64,000 bases of DNA, taken from the NCBI GenBank assembly GCA_036172245.1, contig JAYWIR010000002.1, positions 2,480,001 to 2,544,000 of the forward strand, given 5' to 3'. Under the pieces are notes generated by a model. It was not told where the DNA came from. It saw only the letters and a list, made by a program, of their open reading frames with translations, and ran no database searches. Positions 1 to 12,600 of this stretch are shown here, piece after piece. The translations under genes and the position numbers were made by a program. How positions within the stretch are numbered: the first letter of the stretch is position 1; each line of letters opens with the position of its first letter. This DNA comes from Raillietiella orientalis (lineage: Eukaryota).

Positions 1-999
1 ACCTGTCACACACATGTTGTAATCAGCACACATACGATTAATAATCGAATTCATCGATTTGCCCCTAAGCCCTTGGCTCAAAATGAAGCCATTGAGCTGG
101 GGATCTCAAAGAATTTTCAATGCTATAGCTGCCTCAACTGCACTGAGAAAAGGGGGAAAAAAAATTGCCTTTTCTCACAGTCGTGAACCGAAATGCCCAT
201 CAACGTAAACAAAAAGGAGGGGAAAAATTATTCTCACTATGATACTGCTATCAACGAAGATACCATCTTGAACATACAGACTTCAACTGGTGAAACCCTG
301 CAAATGCACTTCCCGATGTGTAAGCGCATCCGGATATAAAGGATGTGTATTTAACTTAATAATATAACACAGCAGTGTGAATGTTATGCATGATTATGGC
401 TCACGTGAGGTAATAATTTTTGTATATCCTAAGATCACTGAATAAATTTTACTCCTGTTTACGGAGACTGCACTCTAGATAGAAGAACAGTTGGGACAAC
501 GAGTGTACCGCGTGGAATGGTCGGAGAAGACCAACCTCGATGGTCAGCTTCGATGGTTCCTTGGTACGGCGACAAAACTCGACGTGCTGAAGGAACAGCG
601 CCCAGAGGGATCGCGAGTTTCACTTTTAGGAACACCCAAAGGGGTGACCGGATCGAGATAACACTGCGCGATAACTCACCAGTTTAAGGACAAGGAGAAC
701 TGTGAGGGTGCACTGTGCTGCGCCGTCTCCACTGCCCTACGGACTGGCTTTGGCCTTGCCAAATTCCCCTCTGTTTGGTCCAATGAACGCGGAAGTTGGC
801 AGTCGAATCATGAACTGTGAAATGATCATCCCTTCATCGAGGTAGTGTCCTGACCGAAACCATGAAGACGATGAGCAATCCCTCTCTCGCTTCCTTCCGC
901 TCACCCCCAAACTTTCAGCAAACGTGAGCGAAGGTGATGCCGAGGTCATTGGGGAGGGGAAGGCATGTTTTCCATTAGGCTCCAGAGGGATTTTTCCAG

Positions 1000-1135
1000 T
1001 AAAAGAAGTACACTATATTTTCAGGGAGAACGAAGATCAAGATCACGTGGACAGATGGTGTCTGTACACAAAATGTTTCTACACTACTACACTCATCTAA
1101 ACACAGATCACCAAGTCATCTCTGCAAAGTTGATG
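1000..1135 (+). mobile_element. Degenerate non-LTR retrotransposon APE endonuclease fragment (C-terminal part)
   Basis: Frameshifted pieces read TLYFQ, KITWTDG and LNTDHQVISAKL. They resemble the NTxF..KxTW..SDHxLVxAKL end of LINE APE domains. Short and broken. Confidence 0.3.
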
Positions 1136-1267
1136 TCCTGCTTCTTTTAATCACCATAGCAATATTTTGGTGACAGATCGAGAAGGGTTAGCTTTGGCTG
1201 GAAGTAGAGGGAAGACGAGAAGCATCGGTTTATCTCTTCCACGAGAATTTCGGAGCTGGGAGCTTTG

Positions 1268-1915
1268 TACGAGGTGCATTTCAAAAGAGCCGATCGAATT
1301 TTTCAGCCGAAAGATTTGACTTTCTGAATAGTCTGGAATGCCGCGCAGACAGCAGTGTGCGGGACCAAGAGGGTGAGCTTTCGGTGGACTCTGTGGAGCC
1401 TGGAACAACCATCACTTCGCAAGTCCACTGTCGAACACTTGCAACACCGCGGCGTGCCATTCGGAACCGACGAAGTGGAATGCTGAGATCAGGACTTGTT
1501 CTCCACGACAACGTCCTCCCTCCCCCTCCCCCCATACACTGCTGTCCAGACAATTCAGAAATTCAAGTGAGAACTTTTTGATCACCCACAAACTCACCTT
1601 ACAGGCGTGATGTCGCGTCCAGTGACTACCACGGCTTCCTTCCTGCACCTCAAGAAGCGGCTCAACGACCCTAAGGGGAAAGTGAGTGGGAAGCTGCAGT
1701 GCTGCTGAACTGGCTGGACTCCCAGGCGGCGGAATTTCATGCAGAGGGTTTCAAAAGCTTCTTGCACGGTGTCGCAAGTGTTTGGAAAAAAACGGTGACC
1801 ACATAGAAGAATGACGTGGGGATGTACGTGTCCAGAACCACAAACACATTTTTGTTTCTCATATCTGTTCTTTCTTTGTATCCGATCGGCTCTTACTTTT
1901 GAAATGTACCTCGTA
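1268..1915 (+). mobile_element. Internally deleted mariner DNA transposon with both TIRs and TA target site
   Basis: Left end TACGAGGTGCATTTCAAAAGAGCCGATCG (from 1268) matches the reverse complement of the right end CGATCGGCTCTTACTTTTGAAATGTACCTCGTA (to 1915), with 1 mismatch and a 4-nt gap. The interior translates with frameshifts and stops to the C-terminal half of a mariner transposase: EPGTTITS..RRAIRNRRSGML..VLHDN..PHTA..ELFDHP..PYRRDVASSDYH..LHLKKRL..WLDSQAAEF..KCLEKNGDHIEE*. Confidence 0.88.
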
Positions 1916-4900
1916 TTTTTTGTCAGGGTGACAGATCGGATCGCGGAAGATGACTGCTCGACGCTGCTGGCCCACCAGCCGAGGGGTATCCTTCTTACTT
2001 TTCCCGAGGTGACTGCATTCTGGGGAAGGTTCCAGTGAAAATGTCCGGAACCTCAAGCTACCAGGCTTTTCCCCCCTTTCCGGAGAATTTCGCCTCCAGC
2101 GCCGTTCCCTCACGCGTTGGTCAGCAGCTCCTTACGTGCTCGCAAACTGCTGCCGCCGCCGCGGCCTGCTTCGCGAGCAGGGTCATGGTGCGCTTCGACC
2201 AACTTCGAAAGGAAGATCGGTGCTCACGCACTCCTTGGAGGTGCGTTGGTCCAGAGCACCCGGGGCGCTCGTGACGAGAGCTGAGGAGGTCTCCGGAGGT
2301 ATCGCTCCCGGTGACAAAGGCGTCTGCCTCCCTCCGGTCAAAGATGTGGCTGTGTCGACTGTCCCGGTCCATCCGGCGAGCGATCTGGGGGCGGGTGGAG
2401 TGGGGTAGAGAAGGAAGGGACGCTCACGCCCAGGGGTGAGAGCCGCAGCTGGGAAGGCAGGAAGACTCAAGTGGCGCAGATGAAAGAAGAGCCGGAAGAG
2501 AGGGAAGGGGAGGAAGGGATCTGCGCGCAATCCTTCCAGGGAGCCGCGAGGCAACTACTCGTCGAGGGTGGGTCGCGCCCTGAACTCCTTGGGAGGGAGT
2601 CTCCCGGAGTCGGCTGCTCCTGGAGGTCGCCCTTCCCTTCCGCAGCACTTCACTCCCACCGACGCGCACGATTCCAGCCGTACGTCATCTGTCTCTCAGA
2701 AGGGGAGGGGAGGGATGATGTGCATCTCGTCCCTTTACCAGCGGGTGCTGCGCCAGCGGCGCCGTTGCCACTTTACTGAGCGGCTTAAGTCCCGCTGCAA
2801 CCTGGAAGGGAAACTCCGGGTTCTGACCACTCTCCGCTCATCCCGAGGCGTCCTGCCTGGGGACCTCCCTAAGGCAAGGAGGAGCTCATGCTTCCTCCCC
2901 TGGGAAAGAGACCTCCCCACCCTGGGCATGAGTGAAATGGCAGCCCTGCCCGAGGCGCTCTTCGCGCGCCATCGCGCCCGCCATCCCGCCCTCCGACTCC
3001 CCTTTGTGAACGCTATGAGACCTTGCCACCTCTCTCAGGAAAAGTAGGAGCAGAGGCGATCAACAAACAGGGCATAGCAGGGAATCCCAGGGGCTGTGAC
3101 CCGCCTGCAGGAGACAGGGAGGGGAGCGTTTCGCGTGCACGGAGGGGACTCCCGTGAGCAGGAGGAGGAGGGGGAGGGAGGGAGGCAGCTGGGTCGAGGT
3201 GTGATGGGGCGTCTTTCGAGGAGGAGTGGGCAGGAAGAGGGAGCCTCCAGTTCCAGCGCTAGGACGTGGAAGGTTGGGAGGACTCCCGGGTCCGGGAAAT
3301 GCGAGAAGCGTCGCAGGAGTCCTCGAGACCCCGGTGGGAAAGACTCGTCCCCTCGGAAGGGAGGAGATCGACCCCCAAAAAAAGAGGGCCCTTCCCGGTC
3401 CCCTTCCTTTCCAGGAAAAGAGGGCCTTCCGGAGCACTTTCGATCTCAGGGAGGGCTGCGCTCATCGGAAGCTCGAGATCCCTCGGCTCCATCTCCATGG
3501 GGAATTTCGGAATACGCCCCTAAAGAGCTCGGGAGCAGCTTCTTCCCCTTCCCTCCCCAGGGTATCCGGACGGGCGGCCTTCGCCTGGCAACTTTCTGTT
3601 TTTGTCCTTCTGGACTCCTATGCTCCCGGGAGTGTCTCCTGTCCCTCTGCGAGTTCTGAACGTCTCCAGGGTGAGTCCTGAGAGGTGAACGACGCTTCCC
3701 TGAAGAGATGTCCGATGGACCGCCTGCCAGGGGGAAAGGGGAATTTCCCTTCTACCTCGTCCCGATGCGTCTGCGTGCCACCTCCTGGGAGACGAGTCTT
3801 CTTGGACGGCAAAACATACGGACAGCCTCCTCTTGCAGGATCGGGAGGGGCACCCCGAGCAGGCGCCGTCTCCGCGGAAGACTCCCGCCCCATTCGCCTA
3901 GCGGCTCCGGGCACCGTCCCGGGATCGGAAACGCCAGGGGCCTCCCGGAGGCGCAGCCGGCGAATCGAGGCGACGGCGCGGGAGAGCGAGCGCGCCGACG
4001 TGGGAGCCGTTTCAGCAGAGCGCCCGGTGCCCCACACGAGGGACTCGTGTCGGCTCGGGTAGAGAGCTGAGTAGGGCCACGGGAACGGCGCACCCGAGGG
4101 ACGCCCGGGATGCTGCTGCCCAACGCCGAGGCATCACTGCAAGAGCGACTCCCGCGGGAAGCCCATAGCATGAGTCCCCAGAAGAGTCACTTGTCGGGAG
4201 CCTCCCATGCTGAGAGAGGAATGGCAATCCCTCCTCCCTGTTCGGAACGGAAAGGATCTTCTGATCTCCATCGCTCCCACTCCCCTCCCAAAGTGCCCAG
4301 CATGTGGCGTCCTTCCCTGTTCTCCCCGCTCTCGGAGTGCCCCTTGTCCTTCTCGCATCAGGCGGGGCCGGAGATGAACGGGAAGCATGGAGAATTCTCT
4401 CGCCTTTCGGGATTTCTTCCGAAATCACAGGAGTGCTCACAAGAGAGCGTTACACGGGTCGTCCCGATCCCGTGCAACGCCCTCCCCCTTTCTCGCCATT
4501 CCAGACTGGAAGGGGAAGGGAACCCGATGGGAGCCCCCATCCGAGAGCGAATGCGCGTTTCCTCCTCCTCCTCCTCTCAGTGACCCTTCCCTCCTCACCC
4601 CCTCGGAGCGCAGTTAGTCCCGTTCCGTCTGTGTCTTCCCTGGAACGAGAGAAGAGGAGGCAGTAGGAAACGGGATCGCCATCAGGGCGAGAGGTGGCGC
4701 TCATCGGGAGTGGGTCTGATGGAAGGGGAAGGGCGATCCCAGACTGCCTGAGAGGACAGCGAAGCGCGGAGAAAGGGAGGCTTTCAAGCGCTTTCCCGAA
4801 GGAAAACGGGCGGGGAAGTGCTTCCCCGGAGACTTCGGACGAAACCGTCGGGCGGGCAGCTCCCGAGGTGGCTCGTCGTGACCTCTCCTGCAGGCGACGA

Positions 4901-7265
4901 GAGCAGGTCTAGGTCATGGGGAGGCAGTTGGATTTCCGTGGGATCCAGGAAGCTCCGAGGACGAGAAAAAAAAGGGAAAGGGTGCGGATATTGGGAAAAC
5001 TCGCGGAGAATTCCTGCCCGCTCCCATTTTTCACTCCTTGCCTCGCTCCCTCTTTAGGGGGATGCCACCCGCAGTCCCGGTGCTCATCGGATGAAGGTTC
5101 TCCCGGCTGGACACCTTTCATCGCCCTGGTCTTCCCTCCTCACCCTCGGAAGGGGACGCTGCCTGCTTCGCCCGCTCCCTTCCCCCCTCCTTTTCCATTT
5201 CCTGGACCGCCGACTCCCGTCCGCTTTTTGCTGGCCCTTCCCGGATCCATCGAACTGAGGGGGGAGGGGGCGAGGAAGGATCTCCCCAGGTTCGGTGTAG
5301 GCCAAAAAGAGGACCGAAATTCGAGAGCGGAACTACATTTTTCCCGTCAACCGCGAGATGTCTCGCCGAGCAGCTCGTCGCACTCGGCGGCTATTTGACG
5401 ATCGGAAGGAGTGAGGCGAGAGCGGCAGCTGCCCGGTTTCTCTTCGCTGACGCGCGCGTGGAGTCCCTGGGGATCCGGAGACGGTGGGGAACGTCATCCC
5501 AAAGAAAAAAGGGAAGGGAAGGGGAGCAGAAGATCGGTTCAAGGCGAGACCGATTGAGCCGCGTGAGTCGAACGGGGAAAAGGGGGGGTTTCCTCTCTCC
5601 GCTGCCCCTCCACTTCATGCTCCCCCTTCCCGCCCTAGGAGACGAGAGCTTCCTTCATTCTCTCCCCCTCCTCCCCCTTCCTCGTTCCCTATGTCTTGTG
5701 ACATGCTCGGGGAGCACTCACGCCGAGCTCGACTCCCTCTCATGACTCCAGCTAATGTTCCCCTCCTCCCCTACGAGATTGCCATGGAGAGGCTGGCTGA
5801 TCTAGACTCACCAAATCTCCGCACGGACGGGAGCCAAGAGCCAAGTCAGCGGTACGATCTCCCCTCCCACCTGCCGATGCGCTAGCTCGTAGCATCCGCT
5901 CCTCTCCCTCCCTGGCTCAGACGGACGCGGGCAAGGAGGTTGACTCGGAGAAAAAGATGCCGCCGCCGGGAGACGATTCGCATCCCCCCCAGCGTATCGG
6001 CAGGGAGTGACGCCCGGATTCTCTCCCTCCTTTTGGAAGGATTCCACTGCGATCTCTCTTAGCTCCTCAAGGGTCATCTATCAGCGGTCTTTTTCGGGCG
6101 GCTCCGGACACTAGGGAACAGCTTGGTTTATCAAAGGATGCTCCTCCCTCCACCCTCGAGCTGATCCGGGATCCTGGAGGTCGTGAGGCCCATGGTCTCA
6201 CTCCCGTCTTCTTTCTCTTTCCCTGAATGCCGAATAAGGAGGAGGAGGACCTTGCGAAGAGGCACGGGCAGCTTCCGCGCGCGTCGCCACCTGCCGGAGG
6301 TCTGAAGGTGCGAGAGCGACCGGGTGGCTTCCCCAGGCATCCTTTTTCGCCCCGAGACGGGAAAGCGCCGCTCCAGAGCGGGGTTTCGACGAAACGAACT
6401 CTTCTGCTCCTTTCAAACACCGGATCAGGGTTGCCATCCCGCTCCCTCCTTCCGAGGGATCCGAACAACCAGGTTCCCAGCTAAACACACCACTCTTGTC
6501 CCGGATTTGGTCCTGTGAGGGAGGGTGGAGGCATTTTTCGTGGTCCTGGAGGCCGGTTCGCAATATCTTTCGAAACAGGTGAAGGATGAATCCATGGACC
6601 GAAAAAAATGGCGCAGATTGGCCACCCCCTCACGGAGGAGTCTTAGGCCCTCGGGTGTCCAATGCCTCTGTGGGCGAACAAGCATCTTCCAGGATCCAGG
6701 GCACGAAAGATGATGGCTGCCGGATACCGGAATGGCGAACTGATTCGGGGGGGGAGCATCCGAGTCAGCCGAGCCCCACTTAGGCGAAGTTGGTCTCCTA
6801 TTCTTGGCGGAGCGCCTACGACAGTGTGGGGTCAGGGCGTCGACGAAGAAGGCCGGAAGAATGCATCCAGCTCTCCGGGAAAGACGGCGACACGACTCCC
6901 ACTTCTGCCGCCCATCCTCTTTGCTTCCGGATCTGCCTCGTCAGGGAAGATCTTCCGGCATGAGATGAATTCCAGCTCCGGGAATTCCGAGAATCACAAG
7001 GGAAGTCCCGGTAAGAAACCCCGAGGAAAAAAATACTAAATGTAGCGGGAATCCCTTTCCAGGGGAAGTTCACTTCATGCGGAGGCTAGCTCATCCCTGA
7101 ACGCGCCCCTCTCGCGAAGGTCTGCTGCCGAGAGAACGCCGCCTGGATTCTGCGATGAAACAGCCGCCTCAAGCTGATGCGCGCGAATCCCAAACAGCGG
7201 GGTTTCCTCCATCCTGGATCACTGATCTTCACTCGCCCGGCGACGCCTTTTTTAGATGCTCAGAT

Positions 7266-7430
7266 ATATGCATGCACGCGTGCACGCACGCACACACTCA
7301 TGCATGCGTTCTGTATGCCGACAATGAGTTTACTTCATCCGTACGTACGTGAGTCAAAGGAATGTACACTTTCTCGCATTCGTGAAATTTGAGTCTTTGC
7401 CGTGCGCGTGCGCATGCGCGCGCGTACACG
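7266..7430. repeat. Alternating purine-pyrimidine low-complexity tract (CA/CG/TG)
   Basis: Runs such as atatgcatgcacgcgtgcacgcacgcacacac and gtgcgcgtgcgcatgcgcgcgcgtacacgt. Confidence 0.7.
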
Positions 7431-7689
7431 TCAACGAGCACCGCTTCAGACCACGCTAAATAAATGACGCATTTTACGCGTTAGGACGCGTGCATTATGG
7501 GCATCTGCGGATGCAACGGCAACTCGTGGATCGGCTTCTGGATGCTTCTGCAACAGTCAAGTCACCTCACCTTCGTTTGCTTCCGAGTTGATTGACAGAA
7601 ACAAAAGTAGTAGTAGTAGTTAGCAGTTAGAAGATCAAAGTAGTAGTTAGTAGAAACAAAAGGTGGAAAAGAACAAATACCAAAACAGT

Positions 7690-9620
7690 AATGGATGGAT
7701 CACGCCTGCAAAAATTTAATACGTGTAATGGACATTGTGTGTGGTGCACTTGGCTGGACATGCGCGGACCCACCCGCACGTGTCGACGCGTGCATTTGAA
7801 GAACGTTGCTATGCAGTGCAGACGCTAACATCCAACTCAGTCGGAAGAGGAAGTCGTGATGGTTTCGCGCTCATAGCTCCTCAGCAACACACCTGCGAAG
7901 GGCCTGTTCCTACAGTTACTGATCTGCAGTACCACGACGATCGCTTTCGGGCATTGGTCCTCCGAGGCAGGACCCCCTCCATGTTTCGCGCGATTCCAGC
8001 AAGACTGGAACGCTGACATCAAGAACAGGGGTTCGTTTGTCGATCTGCTCTCGGCATCCTCGCCAACTTTCCAATCCCAGTTTCAATCCACGAGACCCGG
8101 GGGTAGCGCGTGGATCTCGCCAGCGACCTGGGAAAATCAAAGCGCCCGATACACCTTTCGAACCCGGAACGACCTCTCGCACCCCCCACACTATGCTGCT
8201 GTTGGAAGACAAAGATCAACTCGAAAGGTACGGGGCTGCAGGAAGAAATGCAAACGAGAGGGATTGTTTGCTGCCTCCTGTCCACACCTCCGTCGTTGCC
8301 TGTGAGCCGATCACGCCGGGACATTTCTTTGAGCGAAATTAACAAACACGTGAGTTACGTGACACGCTAGTGGTTGAACGTGGAGTCACTGAGCGCCAGA
8401 ATCTCGGCGGCGAAGAGGACGAGCAGAGCGGGACGCTAAGGGGGGAAGATCACACAAATGAAAAAAATAAAAGCAAAATGAAGTTGGGGAATCACCAGAA
8501 AAGGATGTTTCAAAAGAACCAGGGTTTGGTGCAGGAAAGGAGAGGGGTGCAACCTCGCCGGCTGCTTGCTCCGAGCTTTTCGATCCTCCTGTGGAGCAGG
8601 TGGATTCCAGCGATGCCGCGTTGCTTGCACAGGAAAAAGGGGTGCTGCTGCTTCTTGTAGAGGCGGAGGTTGCTGCAAGACTGGCGCCTATGAGACTTCC
8701 GAGTGGCGAAGCTGAAGACCCCTTGGCTCGAACCCTCGGGCTTCCGTCAGGACGTTCGGAGCGTCTCCGTCGCTGGACCACACCTGCCTGCTTAATTTTC
8801 GGGGTCGGTCAAATTCTTCGTCGTTGCTGAAGGGTCCCACTTTCTTGTCGAGGGTTGTTCCGAGGTTCAGAGGTTGCTGGTCTTCCGGAGGTTGGGTTAT
8901 TTGAGCCCGTAGCGGAAGATGTATCCAGCACAGCCACACAGCAACAACAGCCCTTTCCTTAACAGGAGGTGCCCCTTCCCTCGAGCACCCTTGGTCACCA
9001 GTCCTTCAGTACCGACGGCCAATCTCCTCTCGTAGCCTCACCTCCAACGGCAGCATAGCGACACCAGAGGCTTCCTGCGTAACTGACGCCGGCACCGCTG
9101 GGTGTCTCCTCCTGCATCGCAGGCAGGTTCCCGCCGGGTTTCGCGGAGCAGGTGTTCCGAAGATGGGAGGCAGGCGATGCCACATGGACCGTGATGAGGG
9201 ATGGCGGGATTGTCCCGGCGCAGCGACGAAGGCAAGGCGCTAAGCTCCCCCTTCGGGCGATCTCCAACTGGCAGCTCGACCATCGATAGCCGCGACTCCG
9301 GTGGACAGTTCTCTTCCTTCTTGAGTGACGGCCTGGATTCCGGAGGACTCCTGCAGGACCTGGTGTCCTTAACAAAACTCCCCCTGCCCTCCTGATCGAA
9401 CCGTGTACGCCGAAGAACCGCCCTCCATTCCTCCGAAACCTCCCTCGGACACATCCGGGAAGCGCCACGGGCCCTGGGATGAGCGATCCTTGCAATCGTT
9501 CCACACGGACCGCTTTCAAGGACGTAGCGACGGATCGGTGAGCATGGAAACGCAGCGTCAGCTCTCCGAAGGCAACAGAGAATCTCCCCGCAGCTCGACA
9601 TCTATTGGGTTCACCCTGAC
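7690..9620 (+). mobile_element. Highly degenerate Ty3/Gypsy LTR-retrotransposon fragments (RNase H-like and protease-region pieces)
   Basis: GFALIAPQQHTCEGPVPT (about 7860) and RPGKIKAPDT (about 8125) resemble the start and end of Gypsy RNase H. A broken DTGA-like stretch lies near 9060 and ATENLPAARHLL near 9572. No LTRs identified. Confidence 0.3.
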
Positions 9621-12600
9621 GTCACCGGACGCCTCCGCCCGTCTCTGGCATCGAGTTCCGAGTGGTGGTTTGGCGGTCTCCTCTCTTCCGTCACGACGGG
9701 GTCCTTAGGCGGGATTGCAGGGAGGAAAGGAAGGACGCGGGCTCTTCAGACCGGGAGGGATGCTCGGCGCTCTGCAGAAGTCTCGATTGCCGCTCTGTCC
9801 TTCGTGGCTCCACCTCCTCCCCGATTGTGGTCGGAAAAACACAGGGGAATCGCGCTGGCACGACGGCGCGGGCGATGGTGGTCGGAGATCGAAGTGTGGA
9901 GGGAGGAGGGGAGAATCTCGTGGCTTATCTGTGAGCTGAGAGGCTTTCTGACCTGCCAGCTGCATCGACCTTAGGGCGAGGAATCCTCCGCTGCTTCTGC
10001 TGCTGACCTCACCTGCAGGGAATGCATGCCGACTATCCGCGCCGTCGGTCCACGGGAGGAAGCTCGCCCTCGGTCCCGAAGCAACGTCCTACCTTGTCTC
10101 CACGCTTCCATCCGGAGCTTGGTCCAGACAGTTTCCCAGATGAGAAGAAACATTGTACCGAAGCCAGCCCGGCCTCGGTCTTCCTCCGAGGAAGAATCGG
10201 CGTCGACCGGAAGCGCCACGCGCAGGGCGGCGCTTCTACATGGGAGGAGCCAACTTCGCGTGCGCGCGTGCGCGCGCAGCCGGACGGACTTCTTCCCCGC
10301 GGACGGAGCCGGCCTCTGCTCCTGCCCGAGGACCGGAAGCGGCGCCTCAACTCTTGGAGGCTCCGACCAGATCCCTGTCTTCCGCCCAACCGAACCAGTC
10401 CCGACGGATCCGTTGTGTCCTTGGGGACCCCTCAGCCGGGCAACTGGGGATGGGAAGGAGGGCAGCGCACGCATGTGCCTTTCTCCCTCGAATGGGAGGG
10501 AAATGGGGTGGGAAGAGAGGACTCTGAGCGCGAGGTCCGGCGAAGACAGCAGCTCCTTCTTCTCGAGAAGCGCAAACGCTAAAGGCTACTCTGGAGAGCG
10601 TGCGCTTTCCGGGAATGTTCCCCTTTCCCCCTTCGCTGCTCGGGACTCGTGCAGGCGCTTGGCAGTCGAGAAGGGCTGAGATCCTCGCCGCCTCGGGGGT
10701 GAGTTCCCGCAGGAAGTTGGCGCTGGAACCTCGAAGGGTGCGTAAGAGGAAAGAGGGAGTCTGCGAAGGGAGGAAAACAGGGAAGCGGGGTGAAGGGGGG
10801 AGACACGAACGTGGTTCCGACCTTTTCAGAACGCCCGGGGTAGGAGAACGCCCCATTCTCGCTCTCGGGCTGGCGGCAACCTTTCCTGGGGTCGTCCCGC
10901 CTCAAGAGGATCCCAGGAAGGAGACCCCATTGGAGCCCTCCGTTCCAATCTGATCGCAGGAGCCCCGTGGGAAACCCTCCGTTCCCCCCTCCTTCTTCTG
11001 CAGGGCTCCTCCCCTCACACGGGAAGCATTCGTCCAGATATTCCCGGAAAGGGAGCCCTGAGCACTTCTGGTCCCCCCGACGGCTAGCTCAGACGCGAAC
11101 TTTGCCGCCCTGAGGGAAGTCCGGCCGCCGGGAGGTTCTCGCCGGGTGAGGAAGGGTAAGTCCAGGGAGACTAGGCTCCCTTCGGGAGAGCGGGAGCAGC
11201 AAGACAGCTCTGCGTGGCGACGGGCCCGTAACCGAATGGAGGAGGCGCGAGAAGAGGATGGGGATGAAAGGGGGAAAGAGAGAGAAGAGCGAGGGGGAAG
11301 GGAGCAGCTCTCCTGAACGTGAAGCCACCTGGTGTGCGGCACCAGGCAGGGTGTGCAGGCAAAGGATGGAAGGAGGAAAAGATGGCGGACTCATCCAGCA
11401 AGCGGGGGGGCTGGTACCCTCCCAAAGAGGGAGAGAGGAACTTCGATCCTCTCCGTTTCCGTGGGAAACACGAGGGCGCGCGGAATCGGAATCGAGGAAG
11501 GGGAGAGGGGGAGAAGGAAAAGGGGGAGAGTGTGTCTCTTCTTCCCTCCTCCTGCAGAAGGATGAAAAGAAAAAAAAGGAAACCGAAACCGTGGGAGGGC
11601 AGAGGCGTCCCGGCAGCATGGAAGCCCGGGGAAGGGGAAGGCAAGGAACCGGGAAGAACGTGTCGGGAGCGACGGGGTCAAAGCAGAGAGGAGGGAAGGG
11701 TCAAGACCCATCCATCCTCAGGATCTCAGGAGCCACCACACCTGCGGAGACCGAGATCGGGAAGCTCATTGACCTCCTCAGCCTGCCCGTGGCACTTTCC
11801 CGGCGTACCGGCGGGTAGCGAGACGCAGCCTTCGTCTGCTGGACTACAAGCGAGGGATCATCAGAAAGGGAGGGAGCGGCGAAGGGATGAGGGAAGGAGT
11901 CGCTCCTTGAGAGAGCGAGGGGTCAACCCTCCCGGCACAGCGGCGCGCCCTCTTCCGGCAGGCTGCCCTCCTTCGCAGGAGAGCCCTGCTCACGGAGATT
12001 TCCCCTGCTCCTGATCTTCACTCCTTCCCTCCCCCCTTTCCTGTGTCTCATCCGGCGCCCGCAGAACTACGGGAACTTTGCGCGTCATGGAGCCACCGCT
12101 GGCGAGGGTGCGTGCTGGATCCATCTTCTTCCTCCGGGAGGCACGAGCGAAGGAAAGGCGGTCGTGCGCTTCCCACCTGGAAAGGTGACGTCTATTCTTA
12201 GGGAGGGAGGAGCCTGGAATCGGGGAGGGAATCCCTCCACGCTTCCCGGGAGCGCTCGCGAAACCGGAGGTTGCTCCTCTTTGAGGGACGCAGGGCGTCA
12301 GAACGCGCGCGCGGGAGTCGCTCCTCCATGGCAAGGGGGGAAGGCAAGCGAGCCGCCTTGGAAGCCAAGATAATCCACGGTCCCTGGCCTGGAGGGAGGG
12401 GTGGTTCCCTATAGACCCAGAGCTCCCTTCGCCCCTCCTCCCTTTTCCTATCGCCGGCGCATTTCCTGCTGGAAAAGAGGGCAGCGGTGTTCCTTGCGGC
12501 GGCGACCTTGGGTTCTCTGACGGTTCAGGCAACTTCTGCTGGGACGGCAAAGGAGCAGGATGCGAGACCTATGGATCCTGAGTGCGAGAGGCGGAAGGTG

